Program-made: the position numbers and the translations under genes
From: Treponemataceae bacterium
GTDB lineage: Bacteria > Spirochaetota > Spirochaetia > Treponematales > Rectinemataceae
DNA: 64,000 nt
Direction of reading: 5' to 3'
Assembly (NCBI GenBank): GCA_963678065.2
Contig: CAXXVZ010000002.1
Coordinates: 677,669-741,668, forward strand
The notes under the pieces: model-generated
The model's database searches: none
What the model was told of the DNA's origin: nothing
What the model saw: the letters and a program-made list of their open reading frames with translations, nothing else
In this document: piece after piece, positions 1 to 9,802 of the stretch
Layout: each line of letters starts with the position of its first letter
How positions within the stretch are numbered: position 1 is the stretch's first letter

Positions 1-794
1 TGGCGTTGAAGTACCTCTTCGACGAGATAATCCAGCACAAACCGGTGGCTGCCGGAGAAAGCCCGGATGAAGCCGGCGGTGTCCGATCGTCCCTGCATGG
101 AGAGCGCCGCCATTTGCAGGCCGGCGATCCAGCCTTCGGTGCGGTTTTCCAAGGCGGTGATGTCGTCTTCGGAGAGATCAAAACCCATCACCTGATTGAA
201 GAATTTCGCAGCTTCGGAGGTGGTAAAACGCAAGTCGGCGGCGCGCAGCTCGGTCAATTGGCCACGGACGCGCCACTTGGCCAGAGGCAGGTTCGGGTCC
301 TCCCGGGTGGCGATGACCAGATGCATCTGCGGCGGCGCGTGCTCCAGAATAAAGGCGATGGCATCGTCGACCGGTTTGGCGTCTATTGCGTGGTAGTCGT
401 CAAGCACGAGGATGAAATCATCCGGCATGGCGTTCATGTCATTTATGAGGGAGGTCAGAACCGATTCGGTTGGCGTCTGCAAAGGAGATTGGAGTACCGC
501 CAATACTTTTGCTCCAACATCCGCTTTCATCGTCTGCAAAGCGGCGACGAGGTAGATCAGAAAGCGCGCAAAGTCGCTATCCCCTTCGTCCAGCGACAGC
601 CAGGCGGACGGTCGCTTGCAGCCGGCGATCCACTCGCTCGCCAGAGTTGTTTTGCCGAAGCCGGCAGGGGCTGAAATGAGCGTCAGTTTGCGGTGCAGCC
701 CCTCGTTCAGCCTCTCGACAAGGCAGGGGCGGAGTACTCGTTCAGGCCGATGGGGGGGTGCATAGAGTTTCGTGGCAAGAATCGGCGTAGGCAC
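1..794 (-). CDS. MalT-family STAND ATPase / LuxR regulator, N-terminal part (runs off the window start)
   Basis: Not in the ORF track. Manual translation from GTG at 794 gives MPTPILATKLYAPPHRPERVLRPCLVERLNEGLHRKLTLISAPAGFGKTTL (Walker A) and later FILVLDDYH (Walker B). Clearly paralogous to 1109..3739. Confidence 0.9.
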   Translation of the reverse strand, partial: MPTPILATKLYAPPHRPERVLRPCLVERLNEGLHRKLTLISAPAGFGKTTLASEWIAGCKRPSAWLSLDEGDSDFARFLIYLVAALQTMKADVGAKVLAVLQSPLQTPTESVLTSLINDMNAMPDDFILVLDDYHAIDAKPVDDAIAFILEHAPPQMHLVIATREDPNLPLAKWRVRGQLTELRAADLRFTTSEAAKFFNQVMGFDLSEDDITALENRTEGWIAGLQMAALSMQGRSDTAGFIRAFSGSHRFVLDYLVEEVLQR

Positions 795-800
795 AAGCCG

Positions 801-828
801 ATTATAACTGCAAACACCGATTGCGCAA
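801..828 (-). promoter_or_regulatory. sigma70-type promoter, probably leaderless
   Basis: TTGCGC-16 nt-TATAAT; the -10 box ends 6 nt before the GTG start and there is no Shine-Dalgarno. Confidence 0.6.
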
Positions 829-842
829 GTCGGACGATGCAG

Positions 843-920
843 GTTGAAGAACGACTTGAAGCCGCTGGATTGGCGCTTCGTGGCAAGGAGGACAGCGAGC
901 GGCTTCTCTGTGGACGAATA
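843..920 (+). pseudogene. Internal fragment of a MalT-family regulator paralogue
   Basis: [26 protein letters not shown] versus [26 protein letters not shown] in 4559..7165 (nt 5759..5836): 21/26 aa and 63/78 nt identical. Confidence 0.85.
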
Positions 921-1072
921 GACCGCGGCGATCGAAGCCTCTTGTCGTGACGAAAGAATACACGGAGCATCTTTGAAATGGTGAAGACGAACTGGCGGCA
1001 GGGCAGCCGCAGCAGGAGTTGCAATTGAAAGGCCGCCGACAAACATCGCTTTCGTTCTAGGCCGCGCGCGTG

Positions 1073-1102
1073 TTGACCGCGTAGAAAAGCGGTCCTTATA
1101 AT
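1073..1102 (+). promoter_or_regulatory. sigma70-type promoter, probably leaderless
   Basis: TTGACC-18 nt-TATAAT, ending 6 nt before ATG 1109; no Shine-Dalgarno. Confidence 0.65.
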
Positions 1103-1108
1103 GAGTCG

Positions 1109-3739
1109 ATGTCCGAGCCGATACTGGCCACCAAGCTCCATATTCCTGCGACCCGGCCGAAGGCGGTCCCTCGTCCCCGATTGATCGAGCGGTTGAATGA
1201 GGGTCTCCACCACAAACTGACACTCATCTCGGCTCCTGCCGGTTTCGGCAAGACTACGCTGGTCAGCGAATGGCTTGCCGGCATCAAGCAGCCGGCCGCC
1301 TGGCTTTCGCTTGATGAAGGGGATAGCGATCCGACCCGCTTTATAGCCTATCTGGTCGCCGCTCTGCGGTCGGTCGCGGCAAATATGGGAGAAGGGGTAT
1401 TGGTCGCTCTCCAGTCCCCTCAATCACAGCCGTCGGAATCGATCCTGACAGCCCTGCTCAATGAAATCGCCGCCATCCCGGAAACCTTCATCGTCATCCT
1501 CGACGATTATCACGTCATAGATGCCAAGCCGGTCGAGGATGCCCTCGCCTTCCTGCTCGAGCACCTTCCGCCTCGCATGCACCTTGTCATCGCCTCTCGC
1601 GAGGATCCCCGGCTCCCCCTGGCCCGCATGCGAGCCAAAGGGCAGATGGCCGAACTGCGCGCAGCGGACCTGCGCTTCACCCCCGCCGAAACCACCGAGT
1701 TCCTCAATCGCATGATGGGGTTGGGCCTCTCGGCGGGAGACATCGCCGCGCTGGAAACTCGAACGGAGGGTTGGATCACCGGCCTGCAATTGGCTGCGAT
1801 TTCGATGCGGGGGCATGACGATGCCTCAGGCTTCATCAGATCGTTCACCGGCAGCCACCGTTTCGTTCTGGATTTCCTGGTGGAGGAAGTCCTGGAACGG
1901 CAGCCCGAAAGCGTCCAGACTTTCCTACTGCGCACGTCGATCCTTGAACGCCTGTGCGGCGCTCTATGCGACGCCGTCCTGCCCGGTTCCTCCGTCACCG
2001 GTCAGGCGACTCTGGAATACCTCGAACACGCCAACCTATTCATCGTTTCCCTCGACGATGAGCGGCGCTGGTATCGCTATCACCATCTTTTCGCGGAATT
2101 GCTGAGGCAGCGGCAGCAAAGGGAAACCGCGTCGACGGCCGAACTGCACGGTCTCGCCAGCCAGTGGTACGAGGACAATGGCCTGGTAATCGATGCGTTC
2201 CACCATGCCGCCGCGGCCAACGACATCGAGCGGGCGGAGCGACTGATCGAAGGAAAGGGGATGCCCCTGTACTTCCGCGGCGCGATGGCTCCTGTCCTTC
2301 ACTGGCTGGAGTCGCTGCCAGCTCCGGTTCTGGACGCCAGGCCTTCGCTGTGGGTGACGTATGCCTCGTCGATGATGATGTCCGGCAAACCGAGCAGCGT
2401 CGAACGGATATTGCAGGCCGCTGAAGCCGCGCTCAAAGAGTTCGGTCCGAATGGCAACACGCGGAACCTCGAAGGACACATTGCCGCCCTGCGGGCTTTG
2501 TTAGCCGCGGCCCGGTACGATGCGGATACTATGATCGCCTACTCGCGCCGCGCGCTTGAGTATCTTCGTCCCGACAACCAGTCCGTCCGCACCATTACTT
2601 CCCTGACGCTTGGGTACGCCCATCAGATCCGGGGGGAGCGCAACGCAGCTGGCCGGGCTTTTGCCGAAGCATTGGATATAGCCCAGGCGTCCGGAAACAT
2701 GATGGCCGCCGCGGGGGCCGCGTCTTCTCTGGGCCAAATACAGGAGTCGGAAAACCAGCTCCATTCGGCAGCCGAGACCTATCGACGCCTCCTGCTGATA
2801 GTAGGCGATCCAACCCATGTGGTTTCCTGCGAGGCACACCATGGCCTGGCACGAATATTCTACCAATGGAACGATCTGGATGCCGCCGAGCGGCACGGGC
2901 AGCAATGCGCCCGACTGGCGCCGCAGGTGGAATGCGATACATCCGTTGCCTGCGAGGTGCTGTTCGCCCGCCTCATGCTTGCGCGGGGAGATCCGGCCGG
3001 AGCCGCTGTCTTGTTAGCCAAAGCCGGGGAGACCGCCCGCGGGTCGAACTACGTGAACCAGATCCCTCGCATCGCTGCGGCGCAGGTAGATACGCTGCTT
3101 CGCCAGGGCAATCCTGCGGCAGCCGCTCTGGTGTCGCAATCCCATGACATCCCCATGAGCCAAGCCCGGGTCATGCTGGCTCGGGGGGACGCCGCAGCAG
3201 CGCTTGCGCTTTTGGAACCGATACGGAGACATATGGATGCAAAGTGCTGGCACGACGAGCGGCTGAAGTTGATGATCATGCAGGCATTGGCGCTCCATAC
3301 CCGGGGCGATACGGACGACGCCATGCGTCAGTTGGGCGACGCGCTCGCCCTGGCACAGCCCGGCGGCTTTATCCGCATCTTCGTGGACGAGGGCCCGCGA
3401 ATGGCCAGCCTGTTGTCCAAAGCGGCCGAGAACGGAATCATGCCGGACTATGCGGCACAGTTGCGAACGGCAATAGAGGCCGAGGAGCGGAAGAGCGAAG
3501 TCGAATCCGATCCGCATCATTCCCAGGGTCTCGTGGAGCCATTGACCCGACGGGAGTTGGAAGTATTGCGCCTTGTCGCCCAAGGGCTCTCGAATTACGA
3601 GATAAGCGAGCGGCTTTTCCTCGCCCTGAGTACGGTGAAAGGGCACAATCTGAAGATTTTCGAAAAGCTGCAGGTGAAAAGGCGCACCAAGGCAATAGCC
3701 CGCGCCCGAGAATTGGGCCTGCTGCGGCCAAAGCGCTAG
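1109..3739 (+). CDS. MalT-family STAND ATPase-TPR-LuxR HTH transcriptional regulator
   Basis: APAGFGKTT Walker A, ILDDYH Walker B, TEGW and WYRYHHLF motifs, C-terminal LTRRELEVL...TVKGH LuxR HTH. Confidence 0.95.
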   Translation: MSEPILATKLHIPATRPKAVPRPRLIERLNEGLHHKLTLISAPAGFGKTTLVSEWLAGIKQPAAWLSLDEGDSDPTRFIAYLVAALRSVAANMGEGVLVALQSPQSQPSESILTALLNEIAAIPETFIVILDDYHVIDAKPVEDALAFLLEHLPPRMHLVIASREDPRLPLARMRAKGQMAELRAADLRFTPAETTEFLNRMMGLGLSAGDIAALETRTEGWITGLQLAAISMRGHDDASGFIRSFTGSHRFVLDFLVEEVLERQPESVQTFLLRTSILERLCGALCDAVLPGSSVTGQATLEYLEHANLFIVSLDDERRWYRYHHLFAELLRQRQQRETASTAELHGLASQWYEDNGLVIDAFHHAAAANDIERAERLIEGKGMPLYFRGAMAPVLHWLESLPAPVLDARPSLWVTYASSMMMSGKPSSVERILQAAEAALKEFGPNGNTRNLEGHIAALRALLAAARYDADTMIAYSRRALEYLRPDNQSVRTITSLTLGYAHQIRGERNAAGRAFAEALDIAQASGNMMAAAGAASSLGQIQESENQLHSAAETYRRLLLIVGDPTHVVSCEAHHGLARIFYQWNDLDAAERHGQQCARLAPQVECDTSVACEVLFARLMLARGDPAGAAVLLAKAGETARGSNYVNQIPRIAAAQVDTLLRQGNPAAAALVSQSHDIPMSQARVMLARGDAAAALALLEPIRRHMDAKCWHDERLKLMIMQALALHTRGDTDDAMRQLGDALALAQPGGFIRIFVDEGPRMASLLSKAAENGIMPDYAAQLRTAIEAEERKSEVESDPHHSQGLVEPLTRRELEVLRLVAQGLSNYEISERLFLALSTVKGHNLKIFEKLQVKRRTKAIARARELGLLRPKR

Positions 3740-3823
3740 CGCTTCTTCAAAATCAAAAAACAGTACCTCAATCAATACTTAAGTCTCTAGGTCGTCACTC
3801 GGGCGCGCGGTTATTCTCCACAC

Positions 3824-4048
3824 ATGATCTATCAAATCAGAATCAAAGGCGTTCTGGATCGTCAGTGGACGGACTGGTTCGACGGCATGGCCATCTCTCC
3901 GACGGAAGACGGAGACACCGTGCTAACCGGTCCGGTCGAGGATCAGGCCGCGCTGCACGGATTGCTGAAAAAAGTGCGCAATGCGGGAATGTCCCTGGTT
4001 TCAGTCGCCCCCGTCGAGCCCAACGGGAGGAGGAAAGAGATGAAATAG
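3824..4048 (+). CDS. Small conserved hypothetical protein (YxIRIKGxL...W..WF...DQAALHGLL) of the kind found next to MalT-like regulators
   Basis: 74 aa ORF with a recognisable conserved pattern; TATTCT lies 6 nt upstream of the ATG. Confidence 0.8.
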   Translation: MIYQIRIKGVLDRQWTDWFDGMAISPTEDGDTVLTGPVEDQAALHGLLKKVRNAGMSLVSVAPVEPNGRRKEMK

Positions 4049-4109
4049 AAATCGCTGTCCGCAAAAATCAGCAGAGCAAACGTTCAAGAATAAACAAGGA
4101 GTATATGAG

Positions 4110-4511
4110 ATGACAAACACAAAATCACCGGAAAGGAATGTATTGCTTTCCACGCTCTGGATCTTCGCGATTCTCAATTACATCTACGCAGATGTTTTCA
4201 ACCTGTTTTTCAATCCGGCGGCGCATACGGGCACGCCCGCGATGACCGCAGGAGCCATCCTGTTCTTCGCGGTTGCGATGGAAACTTCCATCGCAATGGT
4301 CATCCTGTCCCGCGTTTTGAAGCACGGGGCCAACCGCTGGGCGAACATCGCCGTGGGGATTTTCAATACCGGGCTCGTCGCCTTTTCGCTTATCGCGCAG
4401 CGTCCGGAGCCTTTCTATGTGTTCTTCGCCACCGTCGAGATCGCATGCACCCTGTTCATTGTCTGGCTGGCCATTCGCTGGAAACCGGCAGTCGAGTCCG
4501 CGGTCCGATAA
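4110..4511 (+). CDS. DUF6326-like small membrane protein
   Basis: LSTLWIFAILNYIYADV...NRWANI pattern, about four hydrophobic helices, AGGAG RBS. Confidence 0.75.
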   Translation: MTNTKSPERNVLLSTLWIFAILNYIYADVFNLFFNPAAHTGTPAMTAGAILFFAVAMETSIAMVILSRVLKHGANRWANIAVGIFNTGLVAFSLIAQRPEPFYVFFATVEIACTLFIVWLAIRWKPAVESAVR

Positions 4512-4517
4512 GTGCCG

Positions 4518-4541
4518 GTCGTCAAGCACGAGGATGAAATC
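4518..4541 (+). repeat. Exact 24-bp copy of nt 396..419 (Walker B codons of the first MalT-like gene)
   Basis: GTCGTCAAGCACGAGGATGAAATC occurs at both 396..419 and 4518..4541. Confidence 0.95.
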
Positions 4542-4558
4542 TATTCAGTAGGTGCGCT

Positions 4559-7165
4559 TTACTGAAGAAGACCGAGGGAACGGGCCTTGGCAACCGCCAG
4601 TGTCCGGTTTGAAGCATCCAGTTTGGCGAAGATGTTGCGGACGTGAACCTTGACGGTGTGCGGGGACAGGAAGAGGCTTTCCGCGACGTTCTGGTTGGAC
4701 AAACCCTCGGCAAGGAGAAGAAGCACCTCAAGCTCTCGCTCGCTGAGGAGGTCCTGGCTTTTATGCACCGCCACAACGGGGAAGACAGCCAGGATCCGGT
4801 TCGTATACTCCGGGAACTTCCCTCGCCCGTGCGTCTCCTGAACGAGCCTGCGCATCACAGGCCCCTCGTCGGCAAAAAGGCGCAGGAACTCCCCGGGTTC
4901 GGCGAGTTTGAGCGCATCCTCCAAAGCGTCGAGAGCAATCTCATGGTTTCCGCACGATTCCTGAACGAGGGCGCGAAGAACCAGAGCCCGCAGCCGATCA
5001 TCCTCCCGGTTTTTCACCTCCGAGGTCCAGGAATCCAGAAGCCCGGTCGCCGCCTCAGGCTGTCCCTTTGCCAGAAGGATCCGGATCCGCAGAGGAGGCG
5101 GAAGGCCCTCTGATTCCGGGATGCGGCCCATGCGGAGCGAAAGAAGGGTTCGAGCTGCCTGAATCTCCGGAATCCGGTGCAAAAAGCGGTTCTTCAGCGC
5201 GGTTTGCTCGGCAAGGGCCAGACGCTCTTCCGCCGCTTCCAGGTTTCCCTTTCCCATCTCGACCCTGGCCAGAAAAACCTCGCACGGCACGAAGCGATCG
5301 ACGGAGCTGTCGTACTGGCGTGCCAAAACAAGACCCTGCTCTCCATACGTTCCGGCACTCTCCAGATCGTTCCACTCGTAGTGGATTCGCGCCAGGCCCT
5401 GGTAGGCAACGCACATGTTCGGTTGGGGGTGTTCGCCGGAAATCTGCAGCGCGCGACGGAAAGTCTCCGCCGCCAGGAAAAGCTGGTTGTCATTTTCCTG
5501 CAACTCGCCCAAAGCGAGAGCCGAGAGAATTTGAAAATTGACAACTCCGCCGGAACGGCTGTCCGAAAGAACTTCCTCCAAAATCCGGCGGGCTTCGGCC
5601 CGTTCTCCCGCAAAATGGTGCGCGATGCCCAGATCCCAGAGCGCCGCCACACGAAATATGGAACTATGGTCGGCAAGAAGTTCCAGGGCCCGTCGTGCGT
5701 GAGTCTTCACGTCTTCCACGCGGTATTGGCTGAGGGCGAGAGTTGCCCGGGCCGTCGATATCTGTCCAAAGAGAAGCCGCTCGCTGTCTTCCTTCCCCCG
5801 GAGCGCCGATTCGGCAGCCTGAAGCCGTTCTTCCACTCCCTTGGTTATCCCGGCAAGGAGAGGAAAGGTCGCTGATTTCACCCAGAGCGAGGGGCGTTCG
5901 TTCTTGACCGATTCGGGAAGCTCGGTCAGCCAGCCGATCACCTCCATCATCGCTCCCCGCGTGTGGGTCGGCATGCGGCGATCTTCGATGAGGGCTTCCG
6001 TGCGCGCCGCGTTTCCCGATATGGCCGCATGGCGGAAGGCTTCGACGATGAAGTCGTTCTGCTCGAACCACAGGCTGGCCCGCGAGTGAATGAGCTCTGG
6101 ATCGAGGCAGGATGAAGGCACAGAGGTGGCCAGACGCTGCTGAAGAAGTTCGGCAAAGAGATGGTGGTAACGGTACCAGCGGCGTTCGCCGTCGAGGGGG
6201 ACCAGAAAAAGATTGGCCCGGTCCAAAGCTTCCAGGGTCCCCCTGCCGGTGCCGGCGGGCGACTCCAGAACCGCGTCGCACAGTGACCCGCAAAAGCGTC
6301 CGAGGCAGGAGGTGACCAGAAGGAATTTCTGGACGGCTTCGGATCGCTGGAGGAGGACTTCCTCGACAAGGTAGTCCAGAACGAAGCGATGGCTGCCCGT
6401 AAACGAGGCAATGAACTCGGTCCGGGCGCCGTTCTCTCTGTTCCCCTGGAGCGCCAGGGCCGCGAACTGAAGCCCCGCCGCCCAGCCTTCCGTACGCGCT
6501 TCCAGCGCGGCAATGTCGGATTCCGCAAGGCTGATTTCCATCACTCGGCGGAAAAAATCCCCGACTTCGGCGTATGAAAACTTCAGATCCCTGGCGCGGA
6601 GCTCTGTCATCTGACCGCGGGCGCGGTAGCGGGCCAGAGGGAGTCCCGGGTCTTCGCGGGTGACGAGGACCACGTGGACCCGCGCCGGGAGGTTGTCGAT
6701 CAAAAAGACGAGGATCTCGTCGACGGAAGGGGAGTTGATGGTGTGGTAGTCGTCCAGGACCAGGATCAATTTCTTGTCGCTCTCCGCCAGGTCGTTGACC
6801 AGCCGGGTGAGAAGAGTTTCCAATGAAGGTGGTTGGGGAACCTGGAGGGCGCCCAGCACCCAGGCTCCCAAGCCCGGTTCGGCAGTCTGGAGGGCGGAAA
6901 CAAGGTATGTGAGAAACCGGGCCGGATCGTTGTCCTTTTCATCCAGGGAGAGCCAGGCCGCGCGAATGGGGAGGGCGGCAAGCCATTCGCTGACCAGGGA
7001 GGTTTTTCCGAAGCCCGGAGGAGCGGAGACCAGCGTCAGCTTCCGGGAGAATCCGTCCCCCCGCGACAGGTCTTCACTCAGACGCCGGCTCAGTTCCGCT
7101 CTTTCGACAGCCTTGACGCGGGGAGGCGGAACGAAGAACTTTGTCGCGAGCAAGGTTGCGTTCAT
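4559..7165 (-). CDS. MalT-family STAND ATPase-TPR-LuxR HTH transcriptional regulator
   Basis: [32 protein letters not shown] and a C-terminal LSERELEVL...[16 protein letters not shown]. Confidence 0.95.
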   Translation of the reverse strand: MNATLLATKFFVPPPRVKAVERAELSRRLSEDLSRGDGFSRKLTLVSAPPGFGKTSLVSEWLAALPIRAAWLSLDEKDNDPARFLTYLVSALQTAEPGLGAWVLGALQVPQPPSLETLLTRLVNDLAESDKKLILVLDDYHTINSPSVDEILVFLIDNLPARVHVVLVTREDPGLPLARYRARGQMTELRARDLKFSYAEVGDFFRRVMEISLAESDIAALEARTEGWAAGLQFAALALQGNRENGARTEFIASFTGSHRFVLDYLVEEVLLQRSEAVQKFLLVTSCLGRFCGSLCDAVLESPAGTGRGTLEALDRANLFLVPLDGERRWYRYHHLFAELLQQRLATSVPSSCLDPELIHSRASLWFEQNDFIVEAFRHAAISGNAARTEALIEDRRMPTHTRGAMMEVIGWLTELPESVKNERPSLWVKSATFPLLAGITKGVEERLQAAESALRGKEDSERLLFGQISTARATLALSQYRVEDVKTHARRALELLADHSSIFRVAALWDLGIAHHFAGERAEARRILEEVLSDSRSGGVVNFQILSALALGELQENDNQLFLAAETFRRALQISGEHPQPNMCVAYQGLARIHYEWNDLESAGTYGEQGLVLARQYDSSVDRFVPCEVFLARVEMGKGNLEAAEERLALAEQTALKNRFLHRIPEIQAARTLLSLRMGRIPESEGLPPPLRIRILLAKGQPEAATGLLDSWTSEVKNREDDRLRALVLRALVQESCGNHEIALDALEDALKLAEPGEFLRLFADEGPVMRRLVQETHGRGKFPEYTNRILAVFPVVAVHKSQDLLSERELEVLLLLAEGLSNQNVAESLFLSPHTVKVHVRNIFAKLDASNRTLAVAKARSLGLLQ

Positions 7166-7276
7166 GGGCTCGGTTCTCCTGTTCTTGTTTTACTATTCAT
7201 GTTGCCTGCTTGCATCTTCAGTATCGTGCCAGTTTGCCGCGTTTGCCATATCCGATTGCTTGTCATTCTTCTTCGA

Positions 7277-7705
7277 TCAATTTCCGCCGTTATGAGCCGG
7301 TGTTTTTACTACCTGTATCAATACCACAGCGTAGCAGGCAAAAACCGCGACAAATGCAATGAGCATTCCAAGCCGGAGCGCCATGACGGCGGAGCCCTGG
7401 GGAAATATCAGTTGCATGATCACCCTGACCATCCATAAAACACATGTGGCGCCAAGCACGACTATCAAGGAGTACTTGCTGCCCATTTCATCAAAAATCA
7501 GGAGTATGTTCATCAAGCCGAATAACACCAGGCACAATGAAAAAAAAACATTGATTGCCCTGATCGCGATCACCAGCTCCGTGGCCTTGACATCGATATA
7601 GGAATACCAGTTCCAGATTGTCGGCACAAAAAAATGCCATACACCGAAACCGATAGAAACACAGCTCGAAATTACCGCCAAAATTTTATAGAATTTACTG
7701 ACCAT
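7277..7705 (-). CDS. Hypothetical integral membrane protein
   Basis: About four hydrophobic segments; starts 2 nt after the upstream gene's stop. Confidence 0.7.
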   Translation of the reverse strand: MVSKFYKILAVISSCVSIGFGVWHFFVPTIWNWYSYIDVKATELVIAIRAINVFFSLCLVLFGLMNILLIFDEMGSKYSLIVVLGATCVLWMVRVIMQLIFPQGSAVMALRLGMLIAFVAVFACYAVVLIQVVKTPAHNGGN

Positions 7706-7707
7706 GT

Positions 7708-8445
7708 TCAAATCCCTCTGCCGGATCGGCGATTGTACACTACAGGCATGGCCCATTTCCATTTATTCCAGATATCGTTGTTTATAATCAAGTCCGCCAT
7801 GAAATGACCCACGTTTATTCTGCTTGTCTTTCCTGGATTGAACAGTGGACTTCTCGTTGGCGAAGCGCATATTTCATATTCGGAAACATGCGCTTCATGT
7901 ATCAATGAATCGGGACGCACCGCTGTCCATTCGATGATTTTGTCATTCGACCCAATAATCGTCCTCAAATACTCCGCGGCCTGTTCATTATCTTTTTGTG
8001 GCGGTACCAAATTCCGAATCAGAAAGAGAACACATTTTTCCGGCAGTGTTTGTTTTTCATCAAGACTCTTGTTTTTATTGCCTGTCGTATTCATAAGCAC
8101 ATATTTTACGGCTCTTTTGGGATTACTCGCCTTTATGGCAGCACATAGTTTTTTCGTCGCGTCGGTCACCAGGAAACGCGGTTTCCCGAATATGCCTTTC
8201 GGGGTCATATTGTGGCCCAGGCAGGAAGCCACGGCATCACAGCCTCGTACATATTTTGCCAGTGTGGCATCGTCAATATCGAGAATGCTCCCTTGCAGTA
8301 TCGACAATTTCGCTGTTTGCGGAAACTTTTCGCTGGCTGCTTGAGGATTCCTCACTATTATTTTTACGCAGAGGCCGCGCTCCAGAAGCTGAGATACCAG
8401 CAGCTGCCCTGTTGCGCCGCTTGCTCCAACCACCAATACTGTCAT
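7708..8445 (-). CDS. NAD(P)H-binding oxidoreductase (atypical SDR / flavin-reductase-like)
   Basis: VLVVGASGATG Rossmann motif, WTAVRP, SRINV; ATGA overlap with the upstream gene. Confidence 0.85.
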   Translation of the reverse strand: MTVLVVGASGATGQLLVSQLLERGLCVKIIVRNPQAASEKFPQTAKLSILQGSILDIDDATLAKYVRGCDAVASCLGHNMTPKGIFGKPRFLVTDATKKLCAAIKASNPKRAVKYVLMNTTGNKNKSLDEKQTLPEKCVLFLIRNLVPPQKDNEQAAEYLRTIIGSNDKIIEWTAVRPDSLIHEAHVSEYEICASPTRSPLFNPGKTSRINVGHFMADLIINNDIWNKWKWAMPVVYNRRSGRGI

Positions 8446-9116
8446 GATTTTTTCCCGCCCGGCCGCCGTACTCCGAAGACCAGAAGCCAAAAGATCATCG
8501 CCACTTCGGCCACCGTGACCACGACCATTCCGGGCATCGTCAGCGCATCATTCCCGGGAAAAACAAGCCCCACGAATGAAACGATCAGGAATCCGAAACA
8601 ACCTGCCATGAGCAGCACCCCGAGTACTCTCGGTATGAAACCGGATTTGTAGGCCAGCCAGCCGAAGGGGAAAAGCCACAGCCCCCAGAAGATCGTGGCG
8701 ATCAGTATTCCCTGATTGTACAATTGCAGAAACAGCATTGCCCGGGCCGGATCCTGTTGTGCCGCCATAGCCGTGGCAAACAGACCGAGCACACTCATCA
8801 TGGCGATGGGAACGCTCACCAGCACCAGTGCCAGCATTGTTCGGGCCGCGGCCCGGTGGGTATCTCTGAACAAGGCGTAAAGAGCGAGAGCGAGGAACAC
8901 GAAAACCGTCTCGCCCGCAAGTTCGCCGAAACTGCCCATACGGAACAGCACTTCGTTGGCCAGGATATTCCGGACCGTCGTGGCGGCATCGCCGGCAACC
9001 ACGAGGCTGCCCCGCACGATTTCCGCAAACATCCCCAGACACAGAAAAGCAAAATACAGCGCCCCGGCAATTCTGGCGGTCTTTTTTTGGCTCATGTACA
9101 AAGTCGCGTCGTTCAT
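8442..9116 (-). CDS. DUF4386-like membrane protein
   Basis: ARIAGALY...GDAATT..NI...FR, FWGLWLFPFGWL.YKSGFIPRVLG pattern. Confidence 0.8.
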   Translation of the reverse strand: MNDATLYMSQKKTARIAGALYFAFLCLGMFAEIVRGSLVVAGDAATTVRNILANEVLFRMGSFGELAGETVFVFLALALYALFRDTHRAAARTMLALVLVSVPIAMMSVLGLFATAMAAQQDPARAMLFLQLYNQGILIATIFWGLWLFPFGWLAYKSGFIPRVLGVLLMAGCFGFLIVSFVGLVFPGNDALTMPGMVVVTVAEVAMIFWLLVFGVRRPGGKKS

Positions 9117-9553
9117 GCCTTCTTCCCCTCATTCACGGACATCGCGGAATCGGCGGAAGGCAGTTTCCATGCCATCCACATGATTGCCAGCATGCACAGC
9201 ACTTCGACGGTGGCTATGAAAATATAGTGGAGATACGCCGACCCTCCCCCGATCACAAAAACAATCGTGATCACCCCGGCGACCAGATTCATTACCCGGT
9301 TCAGCTTTGGTTTGAGCACCCTGGACAGGAAAATCATGGCAATGGGAATTTCGATGAGAACCGCGAAGACAAGGATCAGTACCTGGTTGAGCTGGATACC
9401 GCCTGCCGTGCCTGTCATCATTTCCTGTAGCGCACCCGGGGTGATGAAACTCAGAATGTCCGCGAATGCCATGTTGATCATCACCACGATCCACAGCATC
9501 GAGATTTTCACTCTTCCGTCCATGCCGGCCGCCCGTCTTTTGTCGTTCATCAT
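9113..9553 (-). CDS. DUF6326-like small membrane protein
   Basis: [19 protein letters not shown]...[17 protein letters not shown]; homologous to 4110..4511. Confidence 0.75.
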   Translation of the reverse strand: MMNDKRRAAGMDGRVKISMLWIVVMINMAFADILSFITPGALQEMMTGTAGGIQLNQVLILVFAVLIEIPIAMIFLSRVLKPKLNRVMNLVAGVITIVFVIGGGSAYLHYIFIATVEVLCMLAIMWMAWKLPSADSAMSVNEGKKA

Positions 9554-9801
9554 TCGCTCCTCTTTTCCGTACTGGATACCGGGTTTTCCGGCTCCGGGTA
9601 ACTGAACACATCTTCGATCCGCACGCCGAAGGCTCCGGCGATCTTGAAAGCCAGTTCCAATGACGGGCAGTATTTGCCGTTCTCGATGGTGATGATGGTC
9701 TGCCGGGTCACTCCCACTTTGGCCGCGAGTTCCTGCTGGGTCATTTCGTCCCCATCGAAGCGCAGCTTGCGTATCCGGTTCTGAACCCTGTGGCTGCCCA
9801 T
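9550..9801 (-). CDS. XRE/Cro-family HTH transcriptional regulator
   Basis: NRIRKLR...[33 protein letters not shown]. Confidence 0.93.
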   Translation of the reverse strand: MGSHRVQNRIRKLRFDGDEMTQQELAAKVGVTRQTIITIENGKYCPSLELAFKIAGAFGVRIEDVFSYPEPENPVSSTEKRSE

Positions 9802-9802
9802 G

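Noticed and set aside
6..674. 222-aa plus-strand ORF and similar long ORFs (707..1423, 20039..21598, 21944..23341, 26032..28074, 38673..40463, 42828..44435)
   Set aside because: Antisense or alternate-frame shadows of well-supported genes, expected in high-GC DNA; no recognisable motifs.
1109..7165. Naming the regulators malT
   Set aside because: Same architecture, but no maltose regulon context and several paralogues; orthology is unsupported.
7215..7250. sigma54 promoter upstream of regulator 3 (TGGCAC on the minus strand)
   Set aside because: The conserved GC at -12 is missing at the required GG-N10-GC spacing.
7540..7548. A9 homopolymer in a membrane gene as a phase-variation switch
   Set aside because: The ORF is in frame, the tract encodes Phe residues in a TM segment, and there is no evidence of variation.
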